From a virus (Duplodnaviria; Caudoviricetes): a stretch of 38,259 nt of DNA. Made by a program: the position numbers and the translations under genes. Shown here one piece after another: positions 17,189-25,760 of the stretch (position 1 is its first letter; each line of letters starts with the position of its first letter). The notes beneath the pieces are model-generated. The model was not told the origin of the DNA, did no database searches, and was given only the letters and a program-made list of their open reading frames with translations. Location of the stretch: positions 1 to 38,259 of the IMG/VR virus record IMGVR_UViG_3300029317_000038; one strand, 5' to 3'.

Positions 17189-19152
17189 TAGTTTTTATTC
17201 CAATAATCAGATTCGTCTGCCTTTTTAGCAGCAGGTGGTGGCGCTTGTGGGGGCGCTGGCAATATGCCGGCTTGTAAATCCAGACCGTTATATATCTCTG
17301 AATAGATCAACGCGCCGGTGGCATAACGGCGGCAATCCCATGCCTCGTTTCGCACATTGGGTGGGCATTCCCACAAACCAATCTCGCGGCCTTTAACCCA
17401 TTTTCTAATCTTTTCTTCAGCGGTGAACATCTGGAAATAACGCAGGTCGTGACCGCTGAAATTGGTTTCTTCATCATCTGAAAACGGCCAATGACACATG
17501 GGCACCGGGTCAATTCGGTTTACATGGCGAGCCACTAAATCACCCACCGAGGTGGTACCTAGCATGAACAGATGACAACCAGCCTCTTTGGCTTTTTGCG
17601 AACCTGACAGCTTTATGTAACTGGACCCAACCTGGTAATCACCTTTACAGGCCACCCACCAGTTGGGATCTATACGGGCCGACATGGCCAGCATATCGTC
17701 ATAAAATGAACCGGCTACATCGTGAAAGATTGCCCCTATGGGCAGTTGCAGTCCGTCTTCACGCTTAAAGCTTCGGCTTAGTAAGTCGATAAGCTTTTGC
17801 TGGATCACTGGGTCATCGGGGGCACCCAATAATTCACGGTACTCAACACTCCAGCTGCGCTTATTCACACCCCAAGCCACGATTTCATAAGCGAATCGAT
17901 TGTCCTGGGTATCCACTCCGGCGGTTAAGTAAATGGCCTCTTTAGGCAACACCTGCAGGCCGTTTTCATCTTTAGGATAATAAGAGCGGCGATTCCACAA
18001 TGCGGTGGCATCAAGCTTTTCGGTTTTTCCGGTTTTCCAGTACTGGCCCAATGTGGTGTTGGTGAAAACCTGAAGAGATTCTTTATCGGCCTTGGCTTCA
18101 AAGAACTCATAAACAATGGTGGACCAGTGACTGGTGGGCGAATAGGCGGCCCATACGATCACGCAAATATGGCGAGGGGTTTTAATTTCTAAACCGGTTT
18201 TAACCGAATAAAAATAGATGCCATCGGTGGTTTTTACATCGGCGGCTAAGTCTTGCCACACACACTGGGCGGCATTATCCAGGTAATCTTCATAATAAAA
18301 TTTGTCGTTGCAGTGCTCACACTGGTAGTAAACCGACTCGGCATCGCCTTTATCCCAACGCAAGCCATACGGCTCTTTGCCGTTACCAAACTTCATGGTT
18401 TGCAGTTCGTTGCAGTGCGGGCAAGGGATGTAACATTCCAGCCGACAATCGGCCATGGCCTCGCGCTTTTCTATGTGGCTGCTGCCAGATACCGTGGGGG
18501 TGGTACCTAATATCTTTTTGGGGAAAAACGAGCCTACCAAACGTTTAAACATCAGCAGGATGGGGTTGCCTTCCTTCGATGATTTACCCTGTACATTCTG
18601 TACAAAGGCATCAATTTCGTCTGCGATCACTACGTCTTTGGATAATTCGCGGTAACCACCGGCAGCATGGCCACCCCTGATATGCAGGGTTGCACCATTG
18701 AACTGCTTAAATTCTGAGTTATTTTTTTCTGTTTTCTTGCCCAGGTCTGGAAGGATTGCTGCCCATGGCTTGCAATCGCGTATGGCGTTATCCAATTCCA
18801 GCGTGGTAAATCTGGCGGCTTTTACATCGTCTTCACGCCAGATGCCCACGTTGCGCTTTTTATGTTCTATCAGATACCCACTGGCGGCCAATAACATCTT
18901 GGTGTAACCGATGCGGGCCGACTTTCTTAAATCAACCTCTTGCACATCGTCATTGCCCATTAAATTTAATGGCACGATCTGAACTGGCTGGGTGGTCCAG
19001 GGCCCTTCCTGGTAAGACGACTCTGGCGATAAATAGAAGTATTTATCGGCCCATTCCACCGCCGTCATGGGCTTGGTGATTCTAAGAGCCTGCAACCCCA
19101 TCTTGATCGATTTCTTGATCGATTGGATTGTAATCGGAGAGATCGATGTCAA
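17188..19152 (-). CDS. Terminase large subunit (lambda GpA family)
   Basis: KSARIGYTK Walker A, VIADEID Walker B, Zn motifs CPHC/CEHC, LTAGVDTQDNR and RNEAWDC nuclease motifs. Confidence 0.96.
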   Translation of the reverse strand: MTSISPITIQSIKKSIKMGLQALRITKPMTAVEWADKYFYLSPESSYQEGPWTTQPVQIVPLNLMGNDDVQEVDLRKSARIGYTKMLLAASGYLIEHKKRNVGIWREDDVKAARFTTLELDNAIRDCKPWAAILPDLGKKTEKNNSEFKQFNGATLHIRGGHAAGGYRELSKDVVIADEIDAFVQNVQGKSSKEGNPILLMFKRLVGSFFPKKILGTTPTVSGSSHIEKREAMADCRLECYIPCPHCNELQTMKFGNGKEPYGLRWDKGDAESVYYQCEHCNDKFYYEDYLDNAAQCVWQDLAADVKTTDGIYFYSVKTGLEIKTPRHICVIVWAAYSPTSHWSTIVYEFFEAKADKESLQVFTNTTLGQYWKTGKTEKLDATALWNRRSYYPKDENGLQVLPKEAIYLTAGVDTQDNRFAYEIVAWGVNKRSWSVEYRELLGAPDDPVIQQKLIDLLSRSFKREDGLQLPIGAIFHDVAGSFYDDMLAMSARIDPNWWVACKGDYQVGSSYIKLSGSQKAKEAGCHLFMLGTTSVGDLVARHVNRIDPVPMCHWPFSDDEETNFSGHDLRYFQMFTAEEKIRKWVKGREIGLWECPPNVRNEAWDCRRYATGALIYSEIYNGLDLQAGILPAPPQAPPPAAKKADESDYWNKN

Positions 19153-19630
19153 AGTCTGCTAACTCATTGCAAAGTAAGGCCACTTCTTTTTTTGCGGCAT
19201 CGATGCTGCGCCCTTTGAGCGCGGGATCGGCCAACTTTAATTTCATGGGTAGAGTGTTCAAGCTGGCGACAATTTGCGTGGCCAGTTGCGCAACCACATC
19301 GCCTAAAATAGCGATGGGGGCATAGTCTTTCTTTAAAACATTCAGCTTAAATTCACGGGTATCTGCGTCTAATTCTTTTTTTCGGGCTTCTTGAAACGGC
19401 ACGTTAATGCCGCCAATTACGTCACCCACTTCCGCTTCGTCATCATCACCAGATTTTTTTACCTGGCCAGTTTTTACGCCACGCAAATAATTGATATAAG
19501 CCTTGCGGCATTCATCGGTGTTTAAACCGCCCTTGCCTTTAGAGCTAGGTAGTACACGGTCTTTGGTCAGATTCCGGACTTGGCGTTCGCTAATATCCAG
19601 GTGTTCAGCAACTTCCTTTTGTGTCGCCAT
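19082..19630 (-). CDS. Terminase small subunit (Nu1-like)
   Basis: N-terminal wHTH TQKEVAEHLDISERQVRNL, YINYLR; overlaps the large-subunit start. Confidence 0.9.
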   Translation of the reverse strand: MATQKEVAEHLDISERQVRNLTKDRVLPSSKGKGGLNTDECRKAYINYLRGVKTGQVKKSGDDDEAEVGDVIGGINVPFQEARKKELDADTREFKLNVLKKDYAPIAILGDVVAQLATQIVASLNTLPMKLKLADPALKGRSIDAAKKEVALLCNELADFDIDLSDYNPIDQEIDQDGVAGS

Positions 19631-19655
19631 GAATATTCAACTTTTTACAATAGAT

Positions 19656-19679
19656 TTCCGCATATACGCAAAAGCGGAA
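19656..19679. repeat. Octamer array 2 (TTCCGCAT ATACGCAA AAGCGGAA)
   Basis: Three in-phase CG-centred 8-mers upstream of terS. Confidence 0.5.
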
Positions 19680-19766
19680 ACGGAACCGCTAAATTTTTTT
19701 TAATAAAAATGCACCAAGATGGCGCGCCCAGCTGACCCACGACGCTCAGATGGCGCAGGAGGACCC
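19680..19766 (-). other. Candidate cos (packaging) region
   Basis: Minus strand has GGGTCCT (identical to lambda cosQ, 19760..19766), a GC-rich segment and then an AT-rich tract, directly upstream of terS. Confidence 0.6.
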
Positions 19767-19807
19767 AACCCAGGGGGTGGGGGTCGCTGGGTGGCTGGGA
19801 ATGACCA

Positions 19808-20203
19808 TCATCGAATGCTCTTGAATCTCGTGTTATGTCTACGTTTCCACGGACGCTTACGCTGCCATGGCTCAAAGCCTTCCACTTGCTCGAGAGTATC
19901 TTGCCAAGTGCCAGCGAACTGGATAGCGCGGTCATCTATATAGACGGTGGCATGTGGTTTATGGTCCACAATCTCATCCACTTCTATGCCGTGGATGTCG
20001 AGCCAGTCTTGCATGGCCTCAATGCCACCAGGTGTATTTGCCCGACAGGAAAATACCACCACTTTATATTGTCGGCTCAACTGTTCGATGGCATGGGCCA
20101 CACCGGGCACAGGCTCATCGTTGATAATGGTTGAGCTGATAAAGTTTTGATTAAGATGGATCACACCATCAAAATCTAATGCGATTGTTTTTTGCATAAT
20201 CAT
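19808..20203 (-). CDS. HAD-superfamily phosphatase/nucleotidase-like protein
   Basis: IALDFDGVIH (motif I), FSCR (II), KP (III), YIDDRA (IV); start uncertain. Confidence 0.82.
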   Translation of the reverse strand: MIMQKTIALDFDGVIHLNQNFISSTIINDEPVPGVAHAIEQLSRQYKVVVFSCRANTPGGIEAMQDWLDIHGIEVDEIVDHKPHATVYIDDRAIQFAGTWQDTLEQVEGFEPWQRKRPWKRRHNTRFKSIR

Positions 20204-20215
20204 CTGCAAAGAAAT

Positions 20216-20251
20216 AGCTGGCCGCCGCACGGGGGAGGACTGCGGCCAGCT
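20216..20251 (-). terminator. GC-rich hairpin, possible terminator after the lysis genes
   Basis: 10-bp stem AGCTGGCCGC/GCGGCCAGCT followed by ATTTCTTT on the minus strand. Confidence 0.5.
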
Positions 20252-20315
20252 GGGGGTAGTGATGCCAGGCATCGACTTAGGTTTGGCTGAAGCAATACTT
20301 CAACCGCTGTGAGAA

Positions 20316-20825
20316 CTAACTATTCAAATACTGATTAACTTGCTTATCGTGTATTAACTCAGGCCACTTGCTGGGCCGATTGGTAAGCATCTCGGTAATC
20401 GTGAGCACATCGGGCTGGTTCTTGGCACTGCCAAAAGTGAGCAGTTGAGCCAGCTTATTCAGCAGTATTGCGGCCTTGTTGTATGTGGGGTTTTTCGTCC
20501 AATTAGCGATAGGATTGAGCACCACCTGCAATGCCGCTAGTATCGCCAGCACAATGCCCGCCGTGGGGTTACTCCCAAAAAACGCCGTTATCTTGCCAAG
20601 TATCCAACCTGCTATAGGCGAGTCATCGATGAAGCTCTCGAATTTCTCCACCTTCTCACGCAGCTCGGCTACACCAGCAAAGCCCTTGGCCGTACTGTTT
20701 AAATCCAGCAGGGCGACCTGCTGCACGTTATCTGTGACCTTAATACCAGGATTAAAATCTGCGGCCATGGCCGGGCAGCATGCTGTCACCATGGCAAACG
20801 CCAGGACAAAAAATAGTTTTTTCAA
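20316..20825 (-). CDS. Exported membrane protein in the lysis cassette (candidate spanin-like)
   Basis: AAGGAG then TTG at 20825; signal sequence MKKLFFVLAFAMVTAC; internal hydrophobic helix AGIVLAILAALQVVL. Confidence 0.65.
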   Translation of the reverse strand: MKKLFFVLAFAMVTACCPAMAADFNPGIKVTDNVQQVALLDLNSTAKGFAGVAELREKVEKFESFIDDSPIAGWILGKITAFFGSNPTAGIVLAILAALQVVLNPIANWTKNPTYNKAAILLNKLAQLLTFGSAKNQPDVLTITEMLTNRPSKWPELIHDKQVNQYLNS

Positions 20826-20826
20826 T

Positions 20827-21318
20827 TTACTCTCCTTTAACGAACTGGTTGTAATCGCGAATGTATTCCGCGACCTTTTGTTCACGTTCATCTTCTGGAC
20901 TGCCGTTGTAATACTTAAACCAGTATTCGGCCTGCCCTTTAATATCACCCACCGCCGGCAAGGCCGATGGCGAGCGCCAATACTTCATGCGGGCGATAAA
21001 GCAGTTATATAAAGGGTTTTGACGTAATAAATTAACAGCGCCCGGGCACATCTTGATGAGCTCATACGCATAGGCGCTGAATTTAGGCTTGCGGCTTAAA
21101 TAGGTATCCCAAATATCCGCCTCGGTAAATTTCTCTACCTGGAAGAAGCCCTGAGCGGCACGATCTTCATCTATGCCCTGTTGAATGCTGTAGGTACCCA
21201 TATCGCTTTCATGGGCCATGGTGCCCAACATCAGCTCTTCGGCGGCTTCACTATAGGTGCCGCTGGCTTGCAGCACTGGGCGAATAACCGTCTCGCGAAA
21301 CATCTGTGCATTAATCAT
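20827..21318 (-). CDS. Endolysin (putative lysozyme-like/transglycosylase)
   Basis: IRPVL..YSEAAEELMLGTMAHES, AQGFFQVE, AEYWFKYYN; follows the holin with a 4-nt overlap. Confidence 0.78.
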   Translation of the reverse strand: MINAQMFRETVIRPVLQASGTYSEAAEELMLGTMAHESDMGTYSIQQGIDEDRAAQGFFQVEKFTEADIWDTYLSRKPKFSAYAYELIKMCPGAVNLLRQNPLYNCFIARMKYWRSPSALPAVGDIKGQAEYWFKYYNGSPEDEREQKVAEYIRDYNQFVKGE

Positions 21319-21626
21319 AGGGACACCTTTTTCAAAGCAATAATTATTTTCACTAACCACTCGGCGCTGCGTACGCCACCCAAAGCCGATAGGAAAATCA
21401 TCAACCAATATTCTGGACCGGCTAAGCCCTGCAATAACCCCAGGGCATGGAACACCCCCGCACCCAGGCACGACAGAATCAGCTCCCCGCCCAAGCGCTT
21501 TGGGTCAAGTGGGTCACCGCCTATCAGTTGCTTGGCAAACAAAACCAAACTGAATACCGCCATGGCGATATACAGGTCGTTGTCTTGCCAAAAGCTCAGG
21601 GTTTTTGCTGGCATCTTAGGGCTCAC
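21315..21626 (-). CDS. Holin
   Basis: 103 aa with 2-3 hydrophobic segments and a basic C-terminus, upstream of the endolysin. Confidence 0.75.
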   Translation of the reverse strand: MSPKMPAKTLSFWQDNDLYIAMAVFSLVLFAKQLIGGDPLDPKRLGGELILSCLGAGVFHALGLLQGLAGPEYWLMIFLSALGGVRSAEWLVKIIIALKKVSL

Positions 21627-22633
21627 TGTTCAGATAAAACCTGCAGGGCCTTATCAAATGTTGGTTGCTCAAACTCAATACCAATAAAGCGGCGGCCCAA
21701 CTTCAAAGCGGCGATGCCGGTGGACGCCGAGCCGGCGAAACAATCCAGCACCACATCACCCTCACGACTGCTCGAGCTAATGATGTGTTCCATCATCGAT
21801 GCGGGCTTTTCACAAGGGTGTTTGCCTGGGTAGGCCTGTACTGAATCAAACGACCAAACATCCGTATAAGGCACATGCTTAGTCACGGCGAACGGACGGC
21901 GCAGGCGTTGGTATTGCTCTTTTAATTCATGGTATTGAACATTCAGCACACTAAAGTCGCGTTTTAAACCTTCTAAATCGCGATCAAGGTGCTGGTTAAA
22001 TAGGGTTTGCAGCTTTTCATACTGCTCTTCGCTGGGTAGCTGCCATTGGCTGGCGCTAAACCAATGACTGGCCATCTGTACGCCGGTGGCGGCGTTAATC
22101 TGTTTGCTGGTGATGCCTGCTTGATCTTTGGCATTCACAAAATATTCAATCAAGGGTGCAAAGAGCTGCTTCTGCAAATCCTTGCAGGCCTTGGCATAAC
22201 CGGCTGTGGCGGTGTGGTTCTGGCCACGCTTCTCGGCGAACATGATGCGTTCAGATGCCGGGAAATAACGCCTCAGGCTTTCTTTGCGAGCTCGCTTATG
22301 AATGCCGTTCTCTTTGCGCCAAACAATGTGGTTTAGCACTTCAAAGCGTTGCTTCATGAGCAACTCAGTCTCGGCACTTAAACCAGGACTGCAAAAAACA
22401 TAAATCGAACCGTTCGGTTTTAGTACCCGCTGGCACTCGGCCAACACTAAATCTAACCAGGTTAAAAACGCTTCAACATTGGGCCACTGATTATCCCAAT
22501 CGTTTGCCTTTACCCTAAAATACGGTGGGTCGGTGGCAATTAAATCAACTGATTCATCTGGCAGTTGCGCCAAGGTGGTTAAACAGTCATCACAAATTAA
22601 GCGAAAGGATTCGCCATTTAAAAACTGGTCCAT
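21623..22633 (-). CDS. Orphan N6A/N4C DNA methyltransferase (beta class)
   Basis: DLIATDPPY, HPCEKP, VLDCFAGSAST. Confidence 0.93.
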   Translation of the reverse strand: MDQFLNGESFRLICDDCLTTLAQLPDESVDLIATDPPYFRVKANDWDNQWPNVEAFLTWLDLVLAECQRVLKPNGSIYVFCSPGLSAETELLMKQRFEVLNHIVWRKENGIHKRARKESLRRYFPASERIMFAEKRGQNHTATAGYAKACKDLQKQLFAPLIEYFVNAKDQAGITSKQINAATGVQMASHWFSASQWQLPSEEQYEKLQTLFNQHLDRDLEGLKRDFSVLNVQYHELKEQYQRLRRPFAVTKHVPYTDVWSFDSVQAYPGKHPCEKPASMMEHIISSSSREGDVVLDCFAGSASTGIAALKLGRRFIGIEFEQPTFDKALQVLSEQ

Positions 22634-22801
22634 AGTTCGCTCTAATAATGTCGCAAATTATCTGATACCCTACCGATGCTCTGCAGAGCGGATGGGTCTT
22701 GGTTTTTGCTCGCGACTAGATGCGTGGGTGATTACGGTTTTAACTGTTGACGCAGTTAAGGCCGCCCACTTCTGAGCTACTATTCAAAAAATGACAGGCA
22801 T

Positions 22802-22825
22802 AAAAAAACCGACACTAGGCCGGTT
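22802..22825 (-). terminator. Rho-independent terminator (second in the late leader)
   Basis: ACCGGC-CTAGT-GTCGGT then T7 on the minus strand. Confidence 0.75.
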
Positions 22826-22984
22826 CAAGTAGAATTCTTTATGGCTAACTTATGCATTCATGGTTGCCAAACCACTCCTAATCCCTGCCCCTTGGGCGTC
22901 CTCATGCGGGATGCGGTGCTATCACATGTAGCGCTAACCGATAACAAGTGCGGCTTAACACTCGGCCTGTAAATAACAGGCAAT

Positions 22985-23005
22985 AAAAAACCGACTCTAG
23001 GTCGG
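22985..23005 (-). terminator. Rho-independent terminator (first in the late leader, tR'-like)
   Basis: CCGAC-CTAGA-GTCGG then T6 on the minus strand; near-copy of 22802..22825. Confidence 0.75.
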
Positions 23006-23035
23006 CTAAAAATTAACTAAGCATCTCGAATGCCC

Positions 23036-23059
23036 TTACGTATAAGCGTATTTACGTTC
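23036..23059. repeat. Octamer array 3 (TTACGTAT AAGCGTAT TTACGTTC)
   Basis: Three in-phase 8-mers just downstream of the candidate late promoter. Confidence 0.6.
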
Positions 23060-23069
23060 AGTATGGGAA

Positions 23070-23097
23070 ATATTACGGATTTTAGGGGGCATAGCAA
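23070..23097 (-). promoter_or_regulatory. Candidate late promoter (pR'-like)
   Basis: TTGCTA-16 nt-TAATAT, followed by terminators and then the late operon; Q-like gene present. Confidence 0.5.
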
Positions 23098-23249
23098 ATA
23101 ACGGGCTTCATAAGAGTTTTTGCGGTTTTTGTAAGAGTTTGAAAATTCTATAAGATAAAACTATCCCCAAAATCTGGGGATAAAACTGTCTATAAAGTGC
23201 TTGGGCTCAGGCACTTTGCGGTGTGACTGGATTGAGTGCTTAATACCCT

Positions 23250-23573
23250 CTATTCTCCCGAGTTCATCATCTTCGTTATTATCTCGCTAACCTCACAGCA
23301 AGACTCTCTTAGGAACAGCCTAGTTTGGCCATTCAATGACTCATAATCAAATGGCCGGCACTTGGGGCCGAGGTATAAACCAGTGGTGCAATACAGGAAT
23401 TTATCCCATGGGCCGCTTTCATCTGGCTTTCTAACTAATGGCATTAGCCCGCCAAGTGGAGCATCACCGAGGCGCTGGGCTAGCTTGTCGATCTGGTCTA
23501 TCGCATTAATAGAAACATTAAACATACGTGCTATGTCGGCCTTGCTGAACTCGCGTGGTATTTCCTCACTCAT
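23250..23573 (-). CDS. Hypothetical protein, paralog of 34830..35147
   Basis: 34/40 identical residues in the C-terminal block WDKFxYCTTGLYLG..RESC. Confidence 0.8.
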   Translation of the reverse strand: MSEEIPREFSKADIARMFNVSINAIDQIDKLAQRLGDAPLGGLMPLVRKPDESGPWDKFLYCTTGLYLGPKCRPFDYESLNGQTRLFLRESCCEVSEIITKMMNSGE

Positions 23574-23682
23574 GTTCCCGGTCCTTTTTTAATGCACCTG
23601 TAAATAAAGAATACCCAACAACAATCAGGCCAGCGCCTATCAAGACACCCGTGAAAAAGTAAACTATGTGCTCGATTGTCAT
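23566..23682 (-). CDS. 38-aa single-pass membrane protein (not in the ORF track)
   Basis: MTIEHIVYFFTGVLIGAGLIVVGYSLFTGALKKDREHE; GGGGA RBS; overlaps the next start. Confidence 0.6.
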   Translation of the reverse strand: MTIEHIVYFFTGVLIGAGLIVVGYSLFTGALKKDREHE

Positions 23683-23694
23683 TATTCCCCACCC

Positions 23695-23868
23695 TTAGTT
23701 AATGGTGATTTCAGTGACTGAAAACTCAGTCGGATATTGCTTATATGGTGTTGCATGCTCACTGCAATATTGAATTGACCTATGGGACAAATCATTTTTC
23801 TCAACGCTGTGTGTAGCGTTTTTATCGCATCTATTATCATTGCCATTATCAGTGCTGCAACACCTCAT
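23695..23868 (-). CDS. Small Cys/His protein, possible zinc finger
   Basis: GGAG RBS; C-x9-C..C-x2-H pattern. Confidence 0.55.
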   Translation of the reverse strand: MRCCSTDNGNDNRCDKNATHSVEKNDLSHRSIQYCSEHATPYKQYPTEFSVTEITIN

Positions 23869-23953
23869 CAGATTAACTCCCTGCTCCAATCTATTGATCT
23901 AACACATTAACGGAATGCCATTTAACCAAATGGCACCGCTACCATTTAACACT

Positions 23954-24709
23954 TCAACCAGCTGAACAAGCCACATCACGATCGCTAGAATCACTGGGAA
24001 CCCAACCCTCATTACAGAAATGACACACATCACCAGCATCTTCTTCATGCCCAAGGCGATCGCCACACTTGCTGCAAGTGGCCACATCAATCACTAATTC
24101 ATCTTCAGCCACCGGCACATCTTCGGCGATGAATTGCAGAAGCTGCAGCGTTACCTGGCAATCCGGTGCCGCTCGGTGGGCGTCATCTGGGTATTCAATA
24201 CCGGCAATTTCACAGCACTTTTTAAGGCTTAAACGCTTAAAGCAGCTTTTCTTTTTATCCCATTCTAAATACTGATGAAAATGACGGTTGGCCAACTCCA
24301 TTAAATCCATTGAATTAAAACCAATAAAATCCAAATCTGTCTGGCGCTCGGTAATGCCTTCGACATAGTGATGAAACTTTTCAGTTTGCTCGATCATGCG
24401 TACATCAAAAACCGCATTATAAATAACAAACACCGCGTCCTTATACTTCTCAAGTTCTTCGCGAAGCTCGTACCAACCGGTGTTATCCTCCATCACCATT
24501 TCATTGGTAATATGGTTAATGGCTGTTACTTCTTCAGGGATCGGACGTATAGGCATACATAGGCTATCGATAAGCACCTGGCCATCCTTGCCAACCAGCC
24601 CCACCTCTATTATTTCTGAGTTTTCATCAAGGCCGGTGGATTCAGTATCTAACACCACTATGTGACGGGTTAAATAGCTGGCGGCGATTTCTTGAGTACT
24701 GTATTTCAT
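23954..24709 (-). CDS. DEDDh 3'-5' exonuclease (DnaQ-like) with C-terminal Zn ribbon
   Basis: LDTESTG, YNAVFD, AHRAAPD; CSKC..CHFC. Confidence 0.9.
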   Translation of the reverse strand: MKYSTQEIAASYLTRHIVVLDTESTGLDENSEIIEVGLVGKDGQVLIDSLCMPIRPIPEEVTAINHITNEMVMEDNTGWYELREELEKYKDAVFVIYNAVFDVRMIEQTEKFHHYVEGITERQTDLDFIGFNSMDLMELANRHFHQYLEWDKKKSCFKRLSLKKCCEIAGIEYPDDAHRAAPDCQVTLQLLQFIAEDVPVAEDELVIDVATCSKCGDRLGHEEDAGDVCHFCNEGWVPSDSSDRDVACSAG

Positions 24710-24718
24710 GGCATTCCT

Positions 24719-24750
24719 TTACGTATTTACGTGTTTACGCAATTGCGTTT
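24719..24750. repeat. Octamer array 4 (TTACGTAT TTACGTGT TTACGCAA TTGCGTTT)
   Basis: Four in-phase 8-mers over the kinase stop codon. Confidence 0.7.
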
Positions 24751-25347
24751 ATCAGCAATCACGCTCGCGAGTGTTTCAATTAATTCTCCGGCCACCACTT
24801 CGGCGGGGCGATCGTTCTGCTGCTGAATAAACAGCACGCCCGGGAAATTCTCGCGCTTTAAATACGCTCGGCTATCCCCTTTAAAATTGGTACCCGATCG
24901 ATGCAGTTGCACCACCACTACATTCTCGCTGCCCACTTCCTGTACTACCTGGGCCAGTTCATCATCGAAGCCGCTATCACTGAAACACACACCGCAGTCG
25001 CTTAGGGCTTCATGGTTTTTATGAATAACCTGTGCGGCGGCCACACCAAAATAATCCGATCCAAGACTGGGTTTAATCATGGTTTCACTCACCAGGATTA
25101 AAAACTCTCGGCACGAACGGCCCCACAACTCAGGGCGGGCCACTTCTTTGTCGGCAGCATACCAGCGCTCCCAGGTGAGACTATCCACCCCGGAAATAAC
25201 CAGGGCCACCTCGATTAACTTAATTTTGAAGGCGCTATGGGTCACGCCGGTATTGGCCTGCAGGTGCATGGTTAATGTGTCTTTGCCCGAGGATGGCGGG
25301 CCGTTAAACACCACCACCATGCCGGCTAATAATCCATATAAATTCAT
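24727..25347 (-). CDS. Deoxynucleoside monophosphate kinase-like P-loop protein
   Basis: NGPPSSGKDT, REFLILVSE..KP..G, FSDSGF, FKGDSR. Confidence 0.75.
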   Translation of the reverse strand: MNLYGLLAGMVVVFNGPPSSGKDTLTMHLQANTGVTHSAFKIKLIEVALVISGVDSLTWERWYAADKEVARPELWGRSCREFLILVSETMIKPSLGSDYFGVAAAQVIHKNHEALSDCGVCFSDSGFDDELAQVVQEVGSENVVVVQLHRSGTNFKGDSRAYLKRENFPGVLFIQQQNDRPAEVVAGELIETLASVIADKRNCVNT

Positions 25348-25760
25348 ACTGTTACCCCGTGTAATTTCTTAATGTCCTGCTGAATTGAGGCCAGTACCGC
25401 GGCAAACTCGGGTGCCATGGGCTTGGCTAAATCCTTCAGCAGATTGATTTTGGTTTGATATTCATCGGTTTTGGCGGCATCTGGGCGGCGCAATAACATG
25501 GCCGGTACCACCTTGGGCTTAATCGCCCGTTGATCTTGAGCCTGTTTGGCCGATATCTGTTTGGCCTCTTCTTCACCCGTAACGGTGAGAACATGCCCTT
25601 CCTGAGTGAGCTCTATCCAGCCCTTGGCTTTTAATGAAAATATAGTGTTATGCCTTTGGCGTTTATCACCCGAGAACAAATCACTCAAAAAAGCCCGCTG
25701 CAGCGGCTGATTATCAGCAATTAGCAGCAGCAGCTCGACTTGAAGGCCATCACGCAGCAT
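25344..25760 (-). CDS. Hypothetical protein, possible winged-helix N-terminus
   Basis: IFSLKAKGWIE..HVLTVTG pattern; overlaps its neighbours. Confidence 0.6.
   Translation of the reverse strand: MLRDGLQVELLLLIADNQPLQRAFLSDLFSGDKRQRHNTIFSLKAKGWIELTQEGHVLTVTGEEEAKQISAKQAQDQRAIKPKVVPAMLLRRPDAAKTDEYQTKINLLKDLAKPMAPEFAAVLASIQQDIKKLHGVTV

Noticed and set aside
20205-20315. HDV-like ribozyme suggested by GCAGTCCTCCCCCGTGC on the minus strand
   Set aside because: The required P1.1 GG, P4 and J4/2 elements do not follow; a simple hairpin explains it
21623-22633. Restriction-modification system
   Set aside because: No adjacent endonuclease; the neighbours are the holin gene and a non-coding leader
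22826-22975. tRNA gene in the late leader
   Set aside because: No cloverleaf, T-loop GTTC motif or CCA end found on either strand
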